Of a stretch of DNA of 64,000 nt, positions 36,197 to 50,312 are shown one piece after another. A program made the translations under genes and the position numbers. Source of the DNA: Mobula hypostoma (taxonomy: Eukaryota); contig NC_086108.1 in assembly GCF_963921235.1 (NCBI RefSeq), forward strand, positions 75,704,001 to 75,768,000, read 5' to 3'. Within the stretch, counting starts at the first letter, position 1. The number at the start of each line of letters is the position of its first letter. The notes under the pieces are model-generated. The model ran no database searches and was not told the origin of the DNA. It saw nothing but the letters and a program-made list of their open reading frames with translations.

Positions 36197-36844
36197 CTAA
36201 ATTTTGTGCAAAGAGAATCAGAAAAGAAAATTATTTATTAATTGTATCATGAGTACATATTTTAGCAGCATTATAATAGTATGAAGCATACATAATAAAA
36301 ATAAATCTATGAATTTAAATTATGAATCTATTTTGGTTTGATATCAAACTAAAAACATGTTACTTATTCATATTACATCTGTAACACCCAGTTTAATTGG
36401 CAGATACTTCCATCACTGAATTTGCTCAAATTGTGGGCAACTGATTTGAAAAATAATTTTAAATAGTTCCACATATAAAAGTAAACAGCCCTTTCTCATC
36501 TAAAGATTTCTTAAATAATTTTGTGAGTGCACAGAACCCAATGACAGAAGGTGATTTACCAGTTCCTCAGGGGCACACACAGTCAAAAAAAGCCACACCA
36601 TCATGCAAAGAATATATAAATATAAATTTGGAATATTAGATAAATTGTTAAAATGTACCAAATTGTTTACAAGATAATCATGTTAGGAAACAGCATTCCT
36701 TTTAGAATATTGACCTACATATATGACCACACCAAATTAAATATTTTTTTTAAACTATGCATCTACACATTTTTTTCTTAAATGATGCATTAATCAGTAA
36801 TACAATTTAGTTTGTTAAACCACAGATTTTTCCTTATCTTTTTA

Positions 36845-36952
<108 letters not shown>

Positions 36953-38171
36953 TCATTAGATAAGAAACAGTGTTAGGAACTATGGCCATCCAATTAGAAA
37001 AGTTATTTATTAAAATTCAAAGAATAACTATGTAATGATAAGGAGTTTCATGTTCTCAGGATCCCCCAAAGTACTTCACATCAAAATTTTTATAGTTACT
37101 GTTATTCAGGAAAAGACTAATACCAGATCACATATAGAACCATTGCAAAAAAAATAATAAAAGTCAATTATTATTTTGGGGATATTAATAGTGGAAAAGA
37201 TTACCTGAACTCCCTTTCACGCTTCCAAATCACTTTCGAACACATTACCTGATGCACTAACATCAAATACTGCAGCATACCCAGTATAGCATAGAGGAAT
37301 TTCTACCCCAAACACCATGAGGCAGACTTCCTTTTACTTCAAGTAGTATTGGTAATGTTCCAAAGAGACCCCAACTCCCCATCCTGACTCAGATGTTTAA
37401 TGAATCTAACCATGTTGACTGTTTAAGTCATCTAGGAACATCTGACAACCACAAAATAGTCACAAAAAAATGTAATATTGGAAACATTTCTGTCTCAAGT
37501 ATTACATTCAGAACATCCAGCAAAGAAGTTGCAAGGAGACATGATTACAGCTTCCTTAAATTTTTTTTTTAAATAACTGCAAATGGGCTATTTTTCCCAG
37601 AGCTTGGTTTTCAACATAACAGTTTCTGAAGCTCATGTGTCTGTTTCAACAAAATCACAGTTTTAAAATTTCTCAACAGTTCAGTCATTAAAAATGTTGC
37701 CAAATAAATTCTACGCCACTTGTTTTTAATTGGATATATAAAAAGCAATAATCTTAAAACACACTGGTAACTAGCCAGAAAGATAAAAACATCAGATACA
37801 AGAACACTGAAACACAAGGTGTTGAAATAAAAGTAGGATTTTTTGTCAATCGTCACTGCTCAATCATGCAGCAAAATCATGTTTCATCTTTTGTCTCTGC
37901 ACCATTTCCTGAACTGGTCCCATATCCTGTAATATTTCAAAATCAATCCACCTACATCTTGAATGTTCAATGTCTTGAACCCCCATCTTCCTCTTCAGTT
38001 CAAAATACCAAGATTCACTACCCTCTCGGGGTAAACAAACAACATCTCAGTTGTCCAGAATGCACTTAATTTGAGACAATAATAAACTACAGCTATAATA
38101 ATAGAAACTATAGTTCTGACCCACTCAGGAAAAATATTAACTCTTGTGTCTATTCAATTATTTGGTATTGT

Positions 38172-38866
38172 GAGGAGAAGATGGCAGTGCGACGCAGCGC
38201 GCAGCAGCCACTCTGGTGAATGATATCTGTCATCTGTCAAGTAGGGTGCCGTGCACAATCCTGATTTGATGGAGACAGATGTGAGAGCACAGAGGAACAT
38301 CTGGAGAAACTTCTGAAATGCCTTCTTCGTTGCCGCTGCTACTGTGTGATCCAGAATCTCCGGAGGCGAAGGCTCCCGAGTCCTCGGCTTTGCTTGTTGC
38401 TCGGAGGCCGGGGAGGGGTCAAAGTGCTCGGCGGCCGGGGCGGGGTCAAAGCGCTCGGCAGAGATGGTGCTCGGTGTCAGAGGGCTGGTTGGAGGCTCGA
38501 AGCTTTCGGACGGACTCAGAGTTGGCTGTGGTTGGGTGCTTCCAATGCATTGGCAGTTGTCGGTGCCTGGAGGTTTATGGCAGGGAGAGTTTCTCCCTTT
38601 TGCCGCCTGCTATTGGGGACTATCAGGAGTCGATCGGAACTTTGAGACTTTTTTTTACCGTGCCCATGGTCTGCTCTTTATCAAATTATGGAATTGCTTT
38701 GCACTGCTGTAACTATATGTTATAATTATGTGGTCTTGTCAGTGTTAGTCTTTGGTTTGTCCTTTTTTTGTGATATCACTCTGGAGGAACATTGTATCAT
38801 TCCTTAATGCGTGCATTTCTAAATGACAATAAACGAGGACTGAGTGTCCTCATAATCTAATCTAAT
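38172..38866 (+). mobile_element. GC-rich non-autonomous retroelement (probably Rex1-dependent)
   Basis: Starts gaagatggcagtgcgacg. Internal 27-bp tandem duplication (~38400-38458). Ends aataaa...(aatct)n. Confidence 0.55.
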
Positions 38867-39261
38867 TATTTCCTTCAGGACAAATAAAGTTTTATTTTAT
38901 CTTAATCCATCAAGTCCCATAACAATCTAGCACCTATCAATGAGATTACTTCTCATTCTTCTGAACAAAGGACAATTTTGCATCAATATACTTGATCAAT
39001 ATCTGTCCTTGTATGACAGATCTAGCAGGCCAATTCAGCCCAACCCCAAAATAAGCACAATCCTGAAAATGTGTAAATAAAATACATTTTTTTGCTCAGT
39101 GATCACTGCCAGATTCACTAAAAATACCAAGGCAACATCAGAGTACAACAAAGTGCATTTTAAAAAAATACATTGAAACTGGAAAAGTAGAAATGACAAA
39201 CAGAAAATTAGGCATGTAAATTAATTTTCCCCAAGTCTCTGATAAAGAGGAGAACACAAAC

Positions 39262-39346
39262 CTTTTCATTATAGGGCTCACTGCGTAGCACTTCTGGAGC
39301 CATCCAAAATGGTGATCCAACCACCGATAGCCTTTCCGTAGTCTCA
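39262..39346 (-). CDS. TESK2: TESK2 exon (activation loop, APE)
   Basis: aaaag|T...AAG|gtttgt. Encodes ETTERLSVVGSPFWMAPEVLRSEPYNEK; 85 nt, phase 2 to 0. Confidence 0.96.
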
Positions 39347-39764
39347 CTTTTGGGATGAAAACCACATGGATTAGTACTTGTGTAAATAGGGGGAAAACTG
39401 CTCTTGTTCAGTTAGTATAGCATCGAGAAGCTAGTGGACCAGAAGTTGAATTTAAATGCATGACATTTGGACAAAATATATTTTTTACAATGTAACCATA
39501 TCAACCAAAATTATCAAGATTGCATGCTTATACGCATTACCTAATCTGTTGCAGATCACCATTTGGCAAAGTTGCATCATAATCATGATTACCTATCAAT
39601 TGCATTCATAATACCCACTAGTCATCTTAACACCAATTTGGGATCGCCTTTTTTCCAAATAAACCAAGCCCAACTTCCACGGGTTACTCTACATCACAAT
39701 TTCTACAAGAAATTGACTTAATATAACCAGTGACTATACAATTCTACTGATCTCACTCAATTCA

Positions 39765-40270
39765 GAATCCTCCCGCTTTGGAGGAGACTTGGTATGTCAC
39801 CAAAGACTCAAGCAAATTTCTGAAGATATATCATAGAAAGCATTCCATTTTCCTCACCACCTGGTACTGCACTGGATCAAAAAAAGACTGAAGAGGGTTG
39901 TAAACTCAGCCAATTCCATCATGGACACTAGCCTCCCCAGCATCAAGGACATCTTCAAAAGGCAATGCCTCAAGAAAGGAGCATCCATCATGAAGCACCC
40001 TCACCATCCAGCACATGCTCTCTTCTCATTACTACCATCAATGAGGTGGTATGGAACCTAAAGACACACACTCCATGTTTTAGGAAAAGCTTCTTCTCTT
40101 CAACTACTTCTGTCACTCTTCGCCTTTACTATCAGATTTCTGAATAGTCCATGAAGCCTTCCTAACTATTTGGCTCTCTTTTTGCAGCTAATTTTTATAT
40201 ATTTTGTTTTCATAATTTTAAGCATTTTTTATGTATTGCACAGTGGTTCTGAGGCAAAACTGTTGGTGTT
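39765..40270 (+). mobile_element. Rex1-type LINE 3' fragment
   Basis: Similar to the 3' ends at 45700-46100 and 57830-58320. Confidence 0.65.
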
Positions 40271-40764
40271 CAAACAACATCACATGGTAATAGTCAAAAG
40301 ATACTAGGCATCTCTCCAGTAACTCTGAACCTGATTGACAACAAAAATATGCATAAATTGCTTGCATTACTGCTTCATGTGTCACCACCTTATACTTGCT
40401 GGATCGTGGAACTATAGTATAAACTATCCTAGAGATGAAGTGATTTCAGAGGGTTAGCAAGTCAGCACAAGTATTTATTTTCTTTAAAAGGGAAACCAAA
40501 AATATCACCATGCTTAAAAAGTTGAAGATAAAATTACTGAACAGAATTGCAAGTTTTAAATATTAGATTTCCTAGAGGCAGCTAATATGGAAGGTGAAAC
40601 TATCAACAATTGAATAATATGCTATTAAAGTACAGTTTTCACAGAAAAGATGATTAGTATATAGAATACAGGAAGAAGACTTATCACTGTGTGCAGCCTG
40701 TAGCAGCTTGATTTAGGACCAACTGGATAGTCCCTTTTCAAAGCTCTCATGGCGAAGCAGTACA

Positions 40765-41345
40765 ATACCCCTCCACCCATCTTCATATTGTCTACAAACT
40801 TTGCGACAAAGCCATCAATTCCACCATCCAAATTATTGACATATAACTAAAAAGAAATGGTCCCAACATAGACTCTTGTGGAACACCACTAATCACTGGC
40901 AGCCAACCGGAAAAGGCTCCCTTAATTCCCAATCTTTGCCTCCTGCCAATCAGCCAATGCTTTATCCATGCTAGTATCTTTCCTCCAATACACTGGAATC
41001 ATAACTTGTTAAGCAGCCTCATGTGTGGCCCTTGTCAAAGGCCTTCTGAAAATCTAAGTACACATCATCACCCAATTCTCCTTCATCTTACTTATTATTT
41101 CTTCACAGAATTCCAACAGATTTGTCATCCAAGATTTTCCCTTGAGGAAACCATGCTGACTACAGCTTATTTTATCATGTGCCTTCAAGTACCCCTGAAA
41201 CCATATCCTTAACAATCAACTCCACATCTTCCCAACCACTGAGGTCAAACTAACATGCCTATAATTTCCTTTCTTCTGCCTCGCTATTTGAAGAGTGGAG
41301 TGACATTTGCAATCTTCCAGTCCTCCGGAACCACTGCAAAATCTA
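40765..41345 (-). mobile_element. CR1 RT fragment
   Basis: Contains GNYRHVSLTSVVGKM and AKFVDNMKMGG. Confidence 0.8.
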
Positions 41346-41617
41346 GTGAGTCTGAAACGTCGACTGTACTCTTTTCCATAGACGCTACCTGGCCTGCTGA
41401 GTTCCTCCAGCATATTGTTTATGTTGCTTGTATTCTTCACTATAGGTTTGTCACATGCTTGTCTCTGGATTCTTTCTTGGACCCAGGCACTAATGGCATG
41501 AGAACAAAAGACCAAAGAATTTATCTTTCCGTGCTTGTGGATTGAACCCCTATTTATTAAGACACCTTTCGCTCAGTTCTTGGGACTTCAAAGATGCCTA
41601 GGTGAGTTCCCATCACA

Positions 41618-41755
41618 AGTCCTGATGAAGGGTCTTGGACTGAAACATCGACTGTTTACTATTTTCCATAGATGCTGCCTGGCCTGCTGGGTTCCTCCAA
41701 CATTTTCTGTATATTACTTTGATTTCCAGCATCTGTAGATTTTCTATTGTTTATG
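41618..41755 (+). mobile_element. Penelope terminal-repeat copy with hammerhead motif; a further partial copy at 41350-41430
   Basis: Reads agtc-CTGATGA-agggtcttggact-GAAA-catc-gactg. Confidence 0.75.
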
Positions 41756-42661
41756 AAACAGACTGGGTGACCATTTTGCAGAACACTTCATCCTAAAAGA
41801 GCAACCTGAATTTACAGTTCAAAGTCAACCTAATTCTCTATTCTAACCTTGACACATCTTTGAACTCTCGCGCAATTCCAACAGAAACTAGAACAGCATT
41901 TTGTCTTCCAGCCAGATAAAATGTGTTCAGAAAATCAGGTCTTGCCAGTTTGCATCAAAGCTAAAGTGGGACTGGATGAAAAAATTCTATAAAAGAAAAC
42001 TAAGCAGGTCATCCTTGCAGATTGATTAGCTTTGTTCTGTAAAGCAATCACCAACTGCCAGGATAGAGACATTGTGCATACTGAAAGCAATTCAGATGAA
42101 AAGTTATGATCTTTACTCTCACTACAAATACTAGCCTGTTGAATATTTCCAGCATTGTTTTATTTCACGTCTTTAATGACTGTGGTAGTATGTAATGCAG
42201 TAAAAGGAGTCCTCTCCCACACTGCCTCTGCCTCCATTTCACCCCTATCATTTCTAATATATCTCTCAAATTTCCTTCTCTTCGAAATATATCTGCTGAA
42301 ATTAACAAACTTCACTCTCTCAGCCACTGTCACCAAAATTTAATCAAAAATCTAGAACATTCATCAATCCTATCAACCACCAATGCTGCCACGTGCTTGC
42401 ACCTTTTCTCTGTATTTCAGATTTCTAGTACAGTACCTGTAATTTTTGACTCACTAATGCATCTAATTACTGTATCAATAAAACTGCTTAACAAAATAAT
42501 AGAAGCAATTATAAACATTGATTCATTAGAATTGTGCATTCACTTCACCTTGTACTTCAAGATGTTTGATTAACTGTCTTAACAATTAAAACAGAATAAG
42601 TCTACAAAATATTTTTTGCCACAGTTACAAATTTAATAGTAATTTTAAAAGATTAACTTAC

Positions 42662-42741
42662 TTGTCAGGGATTTTCTCAGCCAGACCAAAGTCACCCAGC
42701 ACTCCAGTGTATCTACCTTCTTCCATTTTAATTAAACAATT
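42662..42741 (-). CDS. TESK2: TESK2 exon (DFG)
   Basis: ttacag|AAT...AA|gtaagt. Encodes NCLIKMEEGRYTGVLGDFGLAEKIPD; 80 nt, phase 0 to 2. Confidence 0.96.
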
Positions 42742-44795
42742 CTGTAAAAGATCAGATCACAACTTTAAATGGAAGTTGCGGTCATTACGTTCATTATCCC
42801 ATTACGGTGAAATATATTGGTGCATAATCTTTGATCTTTAACCAAGTTAAGCTAACAGGATACGTTGTAGAATTAATGATGAATACTCAGCTCACCAAGT
42901 CTAAACTGACCATGTACAGCAATCCCTGTCTCCCATTCCTTCCTTATAGTACTGCAAATTACTTCTCTCTTGGCTTACCCAATTCCCTCGTGAACGCAAA
43001 CGATCCAAGAAAACTGAAATGCAACACAAGATGCTGGAAATTCTCAGGTCAGGAAGCAGTTGTGGATAGAGAAACAGTTAACATTTTAAAATTAGGTCAC
43101 CAAGCTAAAACCTGCCACATGCTAGGCAAGCCATAACTCTGCTTCTTTTAAAGGAGGCAGTTGATTGGGTCATTCATTCTGCAGAAAAAAAACGAAGCAA
43201 GCCTACATTGTAAGCTGCCAGGAAATGGGTCCAACATAGAAAGTGATCTCATCAGTCACATAGTCTCAAAAAAAAACTGAGCCTGTTCAGTTGAATTCTG
43301 AATGTATTTTACTAAAATTCTGTTATGTGCAACATTAGGCGCAAAATGCTCCAGACAAATTCAACAAAGCTTAATTTTCTTTAACTTATCTGCATCTTAC
43401 ATTTTATGCTCGGCTTCCACACATACTTTGACTGTTTACTTTTTATAACTGTCTAATGTACAATACAGAAATCATTTTACTTGATAGCCTGTACAGGGTC
43501 TTGACATTTTGAAAATAAAATATAAATTCTATATGGTGGCCATATAAACAATTCAGTTTTGAGTATTGTCTCTGCAGCAGTTCGTTCAGTTTCTATTTTA
43601 AAAGAAGAAATAAAACAATTTTTCTCCCAAGAGGAGATACAGGAGTGCTCCTTCTTAAATTAAAACCAAGAAAAAAAACAAATACCGATCATAACTTGGG
43701 TCAACCCACTGACGCTTTCTCCATTACACTTCACAAGCTCTATTGTCAGGTGATGTTGTCAGTACTTCGAAAGGAAGTTATTAATGGCACTCATTTTTTT
43801 TCAAGTTTGATATGGCAAGTGATTTATCCACAAATGACTTACTACAAATTGAGTCATTCTGACCATAACATGATCAGTCATTCAGCATGGGAATAGGCCC
43901 CTAGACCAACCACCCAATGAGAAATTTCACACGCATATGCAAATAGAAACTCAAGTCATCAGGCTGGTTCATCTGGAGAACTTTGCAATACTTATTAAGC
44001 AACATCATATTTTTCCCCCAGAGTACATCAGGTCAAGTTCCAGGTGCATGTTAATTCTTTAACCAAATACAGTACTAAGATTCTAAAATAAGAAACATAA
44101 CTTGGAAATGAGTTTACAGTGTAAGAGAAGCCAATAATCTAAGAAAACTTTTCAAGATGACCAAGCTTCTTTCCAAGAGAAATGTGCCGAATTCTATTCT
44201 AAATAATATTCAATGCCCCAGTAAAACAAGCACACTTAACTCTGTGAGGGGAAAAAAATTCTATAATACCACATGTACTCAACTGCAAATTTTTAAAGCT
44301 GTTTTCCAAAAGGAAACAAACACATGCTTTGATAAATGAAGTGTTCTGAGGTAAAGAAGTGAACCACTGAAAAATAAATTTCCAGCAAAGATTTAACACA
44401 TTCTGACAAAAAGGTTCAGAATATATATCAACTGTGCAACCCACTTGCAAAAGCATGCAACTCAAGTAATACCAAATCGTAAATATTTAGGCTCCAGTAA
44501 GGATTTACAGAGCAAACAAACTAGAGTTTATAAGATTAGCTTTACTTGTCACATGTACTTCAAAACATACAAATATGTCACCTGCATCAAATTAAATCAG
44601 AGAGGATTGTGCTGAGCAGACTGTAAATGTTGCCAGAATTGTGGCACTACATAGCATACCTACAGCTCACCACCCTAACATGGGAGGAAAACTGGAGCAC
44701 CAGGGGAGAACATACAAACTACTTCCAAGCAGCAGCAAAGATCAAACAGTGATCTTACAGCTTGCACTGTAAAGCATTGGGCTGCTCGCTAAGCT

Positions 44796-44996
44796 TTGTT
44801 GCTGTTCAGTCGTTTAGTCGAGTTCAACTCTTCGTGACCTCATGGACCATAGGGTCTTCATGGCAAGACATGGAAGAGATTACCAGACTTTTCTTCTGAG
44901 CAGGTACTGCTGATGCCCAGCCAGATTGGCTGGGTTTGAACTCAGGACCATCTGCCTTGAAGTCCAGTGCTGCTGCCACTACACCACTAGCTGGCC
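44796..44996 (-). mobile_element. tRNA-derived SINE with RTE/BovB-like 3' tail
   Basis: TSD cgctaagct (44787-44795 / 44997-45005). Head has A box tggtgtagtgg and B box gagttcaaaccc. Tail reads ggtcacgaagagttgaactcgactaaacgactgaacagcaac. Confidence 0.75.
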
Positions 44997-45324
44997 CGCT
45001 AAGCTACCATGCATCTAACCATTAGAAAACCACCACTAGCACAAATAACAGCAGATGCTCAGAGAGAATCCAGTAATGATCACTAACAATATTAAAATAA
45101 TTCAAAGCCATTCTTAGACAAGTGGAAAATGTTTTGGCAATTCATGTTTTAAAAAGAGGTTCATGTAGGTAGGTCATGCCTTTTAGAGTACACTATTTGA
45201 TAATGCATCAAAATATACAGACAGAAGATTAAGTCGTCTAACACAGCTATGCAATAGAGAGAAAGGTACAGGCCTGTTAATGTTATGACAGCAGTGGAGG
45301 CATTAATAATTCCCTAGTAAACAA

Positions 45325-46115
45325 AACATACCCTACACTCACGACCGTGTGGGTCAGCACAGCTCAAAAGCCAAGTATAAATTTACCAATGATATCATTG
45401 TTGTTGGCAGAATCTCAGATAGAGATGAGGCAGCATACAGGAGCAATATGCATCAGCTGGTTGAGTGGTGCCGCAACAGCATTGCATTCAATATCAGCAA
45501 GACTAAGGAAATAATTATGGACTTCAGGAAAAAGTTGGGAGAAAACACCCCAATCCTCATTGAGGGATCAGCAGTAGAAAGGATGAGCAGCTTCAAGCTC
45601 CTGGATATCAACATCTCAAGAGGATCTATCCTGATCCCAACACATTGATGCAATCACGAAGAAGGCACAGCAGTGACTACAGTTCATTGGGAGTTTCAGG
45701 AGATTTGGTATGTCACCAAAGACTCTAGATCTCTACAGATATACCATGGAGAATATTCTGTCTTGTGGCATCACTGCTTGGATTGAGGGATCCAATGCAC
45801 AGGATCAAAAGAAGCTGCAGAGATTTGTAAACTCAGCCAGCTCTATCACAATCACAAGCCTCTCCACCATCAAGAACACGTTGAAATGGCAGCAACTCTC
45901 ACCATGCAGAACCTGCCCTCTGGAGGAAGTACAGGAGCTTGAAAATTTGCATTCAACAGGTATGAAAAGCCTCAGATTTCTGAACAGTGCAGGAACACTA
46001 CCTCACTATTCCCCTTTTGCACTAATTATTTATTATTGTAACCTATGGTAATTTTACGATCTTGCACTGTACTGCTGCCACAAAACAAATTGCACAACAT
46101 TTGCAATAATAAACC
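45325..46115 (+). mobile_element. Rex1/Babar LINE 3' fragment
   Basis: ORFs contain KFTNDIIVVGRIS and NISKTKEIIMDFRK. Confidence 0.8.
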
Positions 46116-47065
46116 AGAATTTGGTAACACACTTTTGATAGCTTGCTAGATGGACATAACTTACTTGAATTCAACTCCATGCACAATCCCTATACAAAGG
46201 AGATGCCAATTCCTTCAGGTGCTCTCAATCAAACAGGGTCTACTCAATCGAGCCACCACATAGACAACATCTATTATCTCTCACCACACCATCGGGAATG
46301 GGGAATCTTCTTGCATTCAGTCAATAAGTGACTCCAGGTGATCCAGACTCCAAGATTTATTGATTGATTTATTTTTAAGCACACCAAGGAGGCAAGACAA
46401 CCTGGAATGAGCAAGAAGTCAGGAAGGAATACATTCTCTAGCTTGGTATGGAATTTGGAGACAAAGGAGACTGCAGGTGCAGGAATCTGGAGCAACACAA
46501 ATGCTGGAGGACCTCTGTGTCAGGCAGCATTAACGGAGAGCATTAACAGTCCATGTTTCAGATAGGGACCCTTCTTCTGTATTTAAAGACATAGGGGAAG
46601 ATAGACCAATGTAAAGAGGCTGAGGGAAAGAGTAGAGCAAAAACTAGTGATAAGTAGATTCAGGTAAGACAGGGCAATATGCAGATAGAGAAAGGGAGAG
46701 TGGAAAATTCAATCTGGAAAATGACAGGCAGAAGCAACAAAGCTGAAGATGATGGGATCTGATAGGATAGGAAGGTGAAGAACATTAATCAAAGGAGTGG
46801 CAAGCAGATGGGAGTAGTGGGGGTAGGGATCCAGTGGGAAGAGTGTGGTGGTGTGCAGGAGCAGAAAGAAACAGGACTATGGGGGCAGTGATGAGTGTAG
46901 GGCTGTGTAGATCAAGAGGAGAGAGAAAGGGGTCAGAGTGGATATACTTCCAGAAACTTTAAACTTATATTTTAAATATTTAAAATAAGTCCTTCCTCCC
47001 AAATTTGGAGTAACAAACATTTGGCAAATATCAGTATTAAATTTTGATAAGTTGTATTTCATCTC

Positions 47066-47506
47066 CAGTACTGTGCAAGAGTCTGAGGCATATGATATTT
47101 TCTTGGAATGGCGTGGGGGGAGCACTGTGGGAGGGGTATGGGACAAGTGACAGAGAAGGAGTACCAGGGATGGGGGTGGCACAGGTACAGACACCAAGCA
47201 AGGTCATTTGATTCCAAACAATTGGTTTATTAATCATTAAAGAATGTCTTTCTGGTGCTTCCCTCTCCCTCCCCTCTTCCTTTCCCTTCCCCTTTACCCA
47301 ACCACAATTACCCTCCTCCAGACCCCTTCCTACTCTCAGTCCACAGTAGACAGCCACATCAGAATCAGGCTTATCATCACTTGTGTCATGAAATTAGTTT
47401 TTTTTTTGCAGCAGCAGTACAGAGCAATACATTAAATTACTACAGTAATGTCAAGCCTTAACCACCCTAGCTATATACATTAGTCCAAGACTTTTGCACA
47501 GTACTG
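47066..47506. mobile_element. Tc1-type MITE, same TIR family as 10094-10434, with extra internal sequence
   Basis: Termini cagtactgtgcaagagtc ... gacttttgcacagtactg-TA. Confidence 0.65.
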
Positions 47507-47534
47507 TACTTATCAATTAAACTATGGTGTATTT

Positions 47535-48105
47535 ATATAGACTAGCATAATAACAGTCACTTGGCCCAAGAAACTGCACCAGGTATGACGCTAACCTAAC
47601 TAAACCCTACTGCCTGCACATCGTCCACATCCTCAATCTCCTGTACATGTGTCTGTCCAGATACCTTTCCAGCAGTACTATTATATCTGTTTCTACCACT
47701 TCTCCTGGCAATTTATTCCAGACACCTATCCCTGTGGAAAAATACTTGCCTTTCAATTTCCTTAAAACATTCACCTTCTGTCCTTAAACCTATGTGCTCT
47801 GGTATTTGAGATTTCCACCTTGAAAACAGACCATTTGCATTCTCAAATGCATATACCAGAGAGGCTCTTTAGCTTCCAGTGCTCCAGAGACAACAATCCA
47901 AGTCTGACCAACTTCATAGCAAATGCACTCCAATCCAGACATCATTCTGACAAACCTTTTCTGCTCCCTTGCCAAAACCTTCAATCCTTCCTGGAATGTG
48001 ACAACCAAAGCTGCACACAGCACTCCAAGTGTGGCCTAATTGAAGTTTTATACAGCTGCATTGTGATTTTCCAACATTAATACTTAATTTTCCAACCAAG
48101 GTATT
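47535..48105 (-). mobile_element. Old CR1 3' fragment
   Basis: Minus strand contains RPHLE(C)..QLW and QKRFVRMMSGLE. Confidence 0.7.
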
Positions 48106-48863
48106 TATTTGGATTAAATTGGGCAATATTTTGCCCAGTTCACTATACTGCCAATCTAGTTATCAAAGGTGAACAACAATGAGGAATAGCAGCCACAGAC
48201 TTTCTGCTATATTCTTGCTTTTTGACTGTGAATTGGTTACAGTCTAACAGCAAGATGGTTATTACCAAATATCAATCACAACATTATTCGTGGTTCACTT
48301 TACTGCTTTATTCATGGATGTCATGAAAATAACATGTTTGTTGACATTTATTATGAAGTCTAAATCAAACCCATGAATTCAAGTAATAAAAGGAGAAAAT
48401 ACAGATCTAACCCATTTGATACTATTTTCACAAAAATGTAAGTAGTATTTATTCTAAAGTACTCCAAAGATGGGGAAAAAAAGCTGGTATTTTGCCTTCC
48501 CTAAAAGAATACGAGAATGTGAGAATCAGGGCAGGCTGTGTCTTGGGACAATGTGATCCTGCAATAATGCTTAAGATTGCTATACAATAATGGAGGATGT
48601 AGGCAGCATCACTGTGATGACAATACAGGTTTGTGTACAAAAGCTTCTTAAAGTCAAACTACAGTGTTAAACAAATCGATGTTCAACTTTAGACAAGTAT
48701 GGATTTGCCTATCAAGTAATTCTGCTCCATTAGTTAATAAGTCATTTTAAAATAAACTTAAAACAAATTTATTTGCATAAGTAACTCATGATTGAAACAG
48801 GATCCAAGGGTGGGGGGGGGGGGGGAGAAGGAGAATTAATTCATTCCTCTTAACATACTATAC

Positions 48864-49010
48864 CTTAGAAGTCAGATCCCGATGAAAGACACCTTTGGAG
48901 TGCAAATAACCGAGTCCAGAGGCAAGATCATGTGCTATTTTGACCCGAATAGGCCAGGAAAGATGTTCATTGCTGTCCAACAACTGTTCAAGATTCCCTC
49001 CATTAATATA
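48864..49010 (-). CDS. TESK2: TESK2 exon (catalytic loop HRDLTSK)
   Basis: tttcag|TAT...AAG|gtatag. Encodes [49 protein letters not shown]; 147 nt. DLTSKN is the TESK signature. Confidence 0.97.
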
Positions 49011-49689
49011 CTGAAAAGAAAGCAAACAAGCCAGGAAGTCAGTATCAAGCAACCTCATACGACAATTTAAAATAAATGTAAAGCACTTAACCACTCTACT
49101 GGCACTGTTTCATTTTCCAAATAATTTCAGGGATGCCTACTTCAGCATCCTTCACTTGGATGAGCTGTATTAAGTTGTCCCTGGGACAACTTTTAAACAG
49201 ATTATCATTACATACACATCTTAAAAATATCACAGATCAACTTTTATTTATGACAATCCAAGTCTTTTAATTAGTCTTTTGCTCAAACTTTGAACTTTGC
49301 ATAGGCATCAACTTCCCTTTGATTGTTCAAGCCATTAGCCAACACTAAAGGGTAATTTAGGTTAATGAGCTTAAGCTGAGAATCACTTAGTCCAGCAGCA
49401 AAAATCATATCCCATTATACTACCCCCATTTCCTATATCAAGACTTCATAAAGGTTCCAAGATAGTTCAAGTAGCTAAATAACTACAAAGTCCTACATTT
49501 TCCTTTTAATAATTAAAATCCTCTTTTCCCAAGCCCACAACTTAACTTCAGACCTACATTAATCTTTCACTTAAATATCATCCAACTAAATACAACTTTA
49601 ACATACATAAACAAAAAATTAAAATACAAGTAGTTCGATATGTACTTGAGCTACAAGCTTCAGGAGTAAGATTAGGTTGGGACCCAATA

Positions 49690-50312
49690 CCTCGACTCTA
49701 TTTTATCTGCCTTCATTCAGTCCCTTGCCACCTAAAACTGCAACACTTCACAAGCTCTCAATCTCAACAACTTTTAATTCCCTGTCCTGATTACCGCATT
49801 TTCACCATGGATGCCCAGTCCCGACACACTTCTGTCCTCCATCAAAAAGGCCTTGAAACTGTCTGCTTCTTTCTTGACAACAGATCCAACCAGTTCCCTT
49901 CCACCACCAGCCTCCTCCGTCTGGCAGAACTGGTCCTCACCATCAACAACTTATCATTCAGCTCCCTCCGCTTTCTCTAAACTGAAGGGGTAGCCATGGG
50001 CACCTGCATGGGCCTTAGCTATGCCTGCCTTTACATTGGCTATGAATAGTCCGTATTCCAAAACTTCCTTAGTAATGCTCCATAACTCCATCTGCAGTAC
50101 ATTGACAACTGTATTAATGCTGCTTCATGCACACATACTGAGCTCGTCAACTTCATTAACATTCCCTCCAACTTCCACCCCGCCCTTAACTTCACTTGGT
50201 CCATTGTTAACATCTCTCCCCTTTCTCAATCTATCTGTGTCCATCTTTGGAGACAAACAGTAAACCAGTATCTTTTCTAAACCAACCAATTACCACAGCT
50301 ATCTTGACTATA
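49690..50312 (+). mobile_element. Penelope RT fragment; continues at ~53775-54945 after Rex1 insertions
   Basis: Contains GVAMGTCMGLSYACL and LPFLNLSVSI. Ends at agctatcttgacta. Confidence 0.75.

Noticed and set aside
38318..38725. 135-aa GC-rich ORF with repeated ARRPGRGQS
   Set aside because: Lies within an interspersed repeat containing a 27-bp tandem duplication; no protein family recognised.
48809..48826. G-runs as functional G-quadruplexes (also ~4485-4506, ~13866-13882)
   Set aside because: Simple homopolymer tracts with no supporting context.
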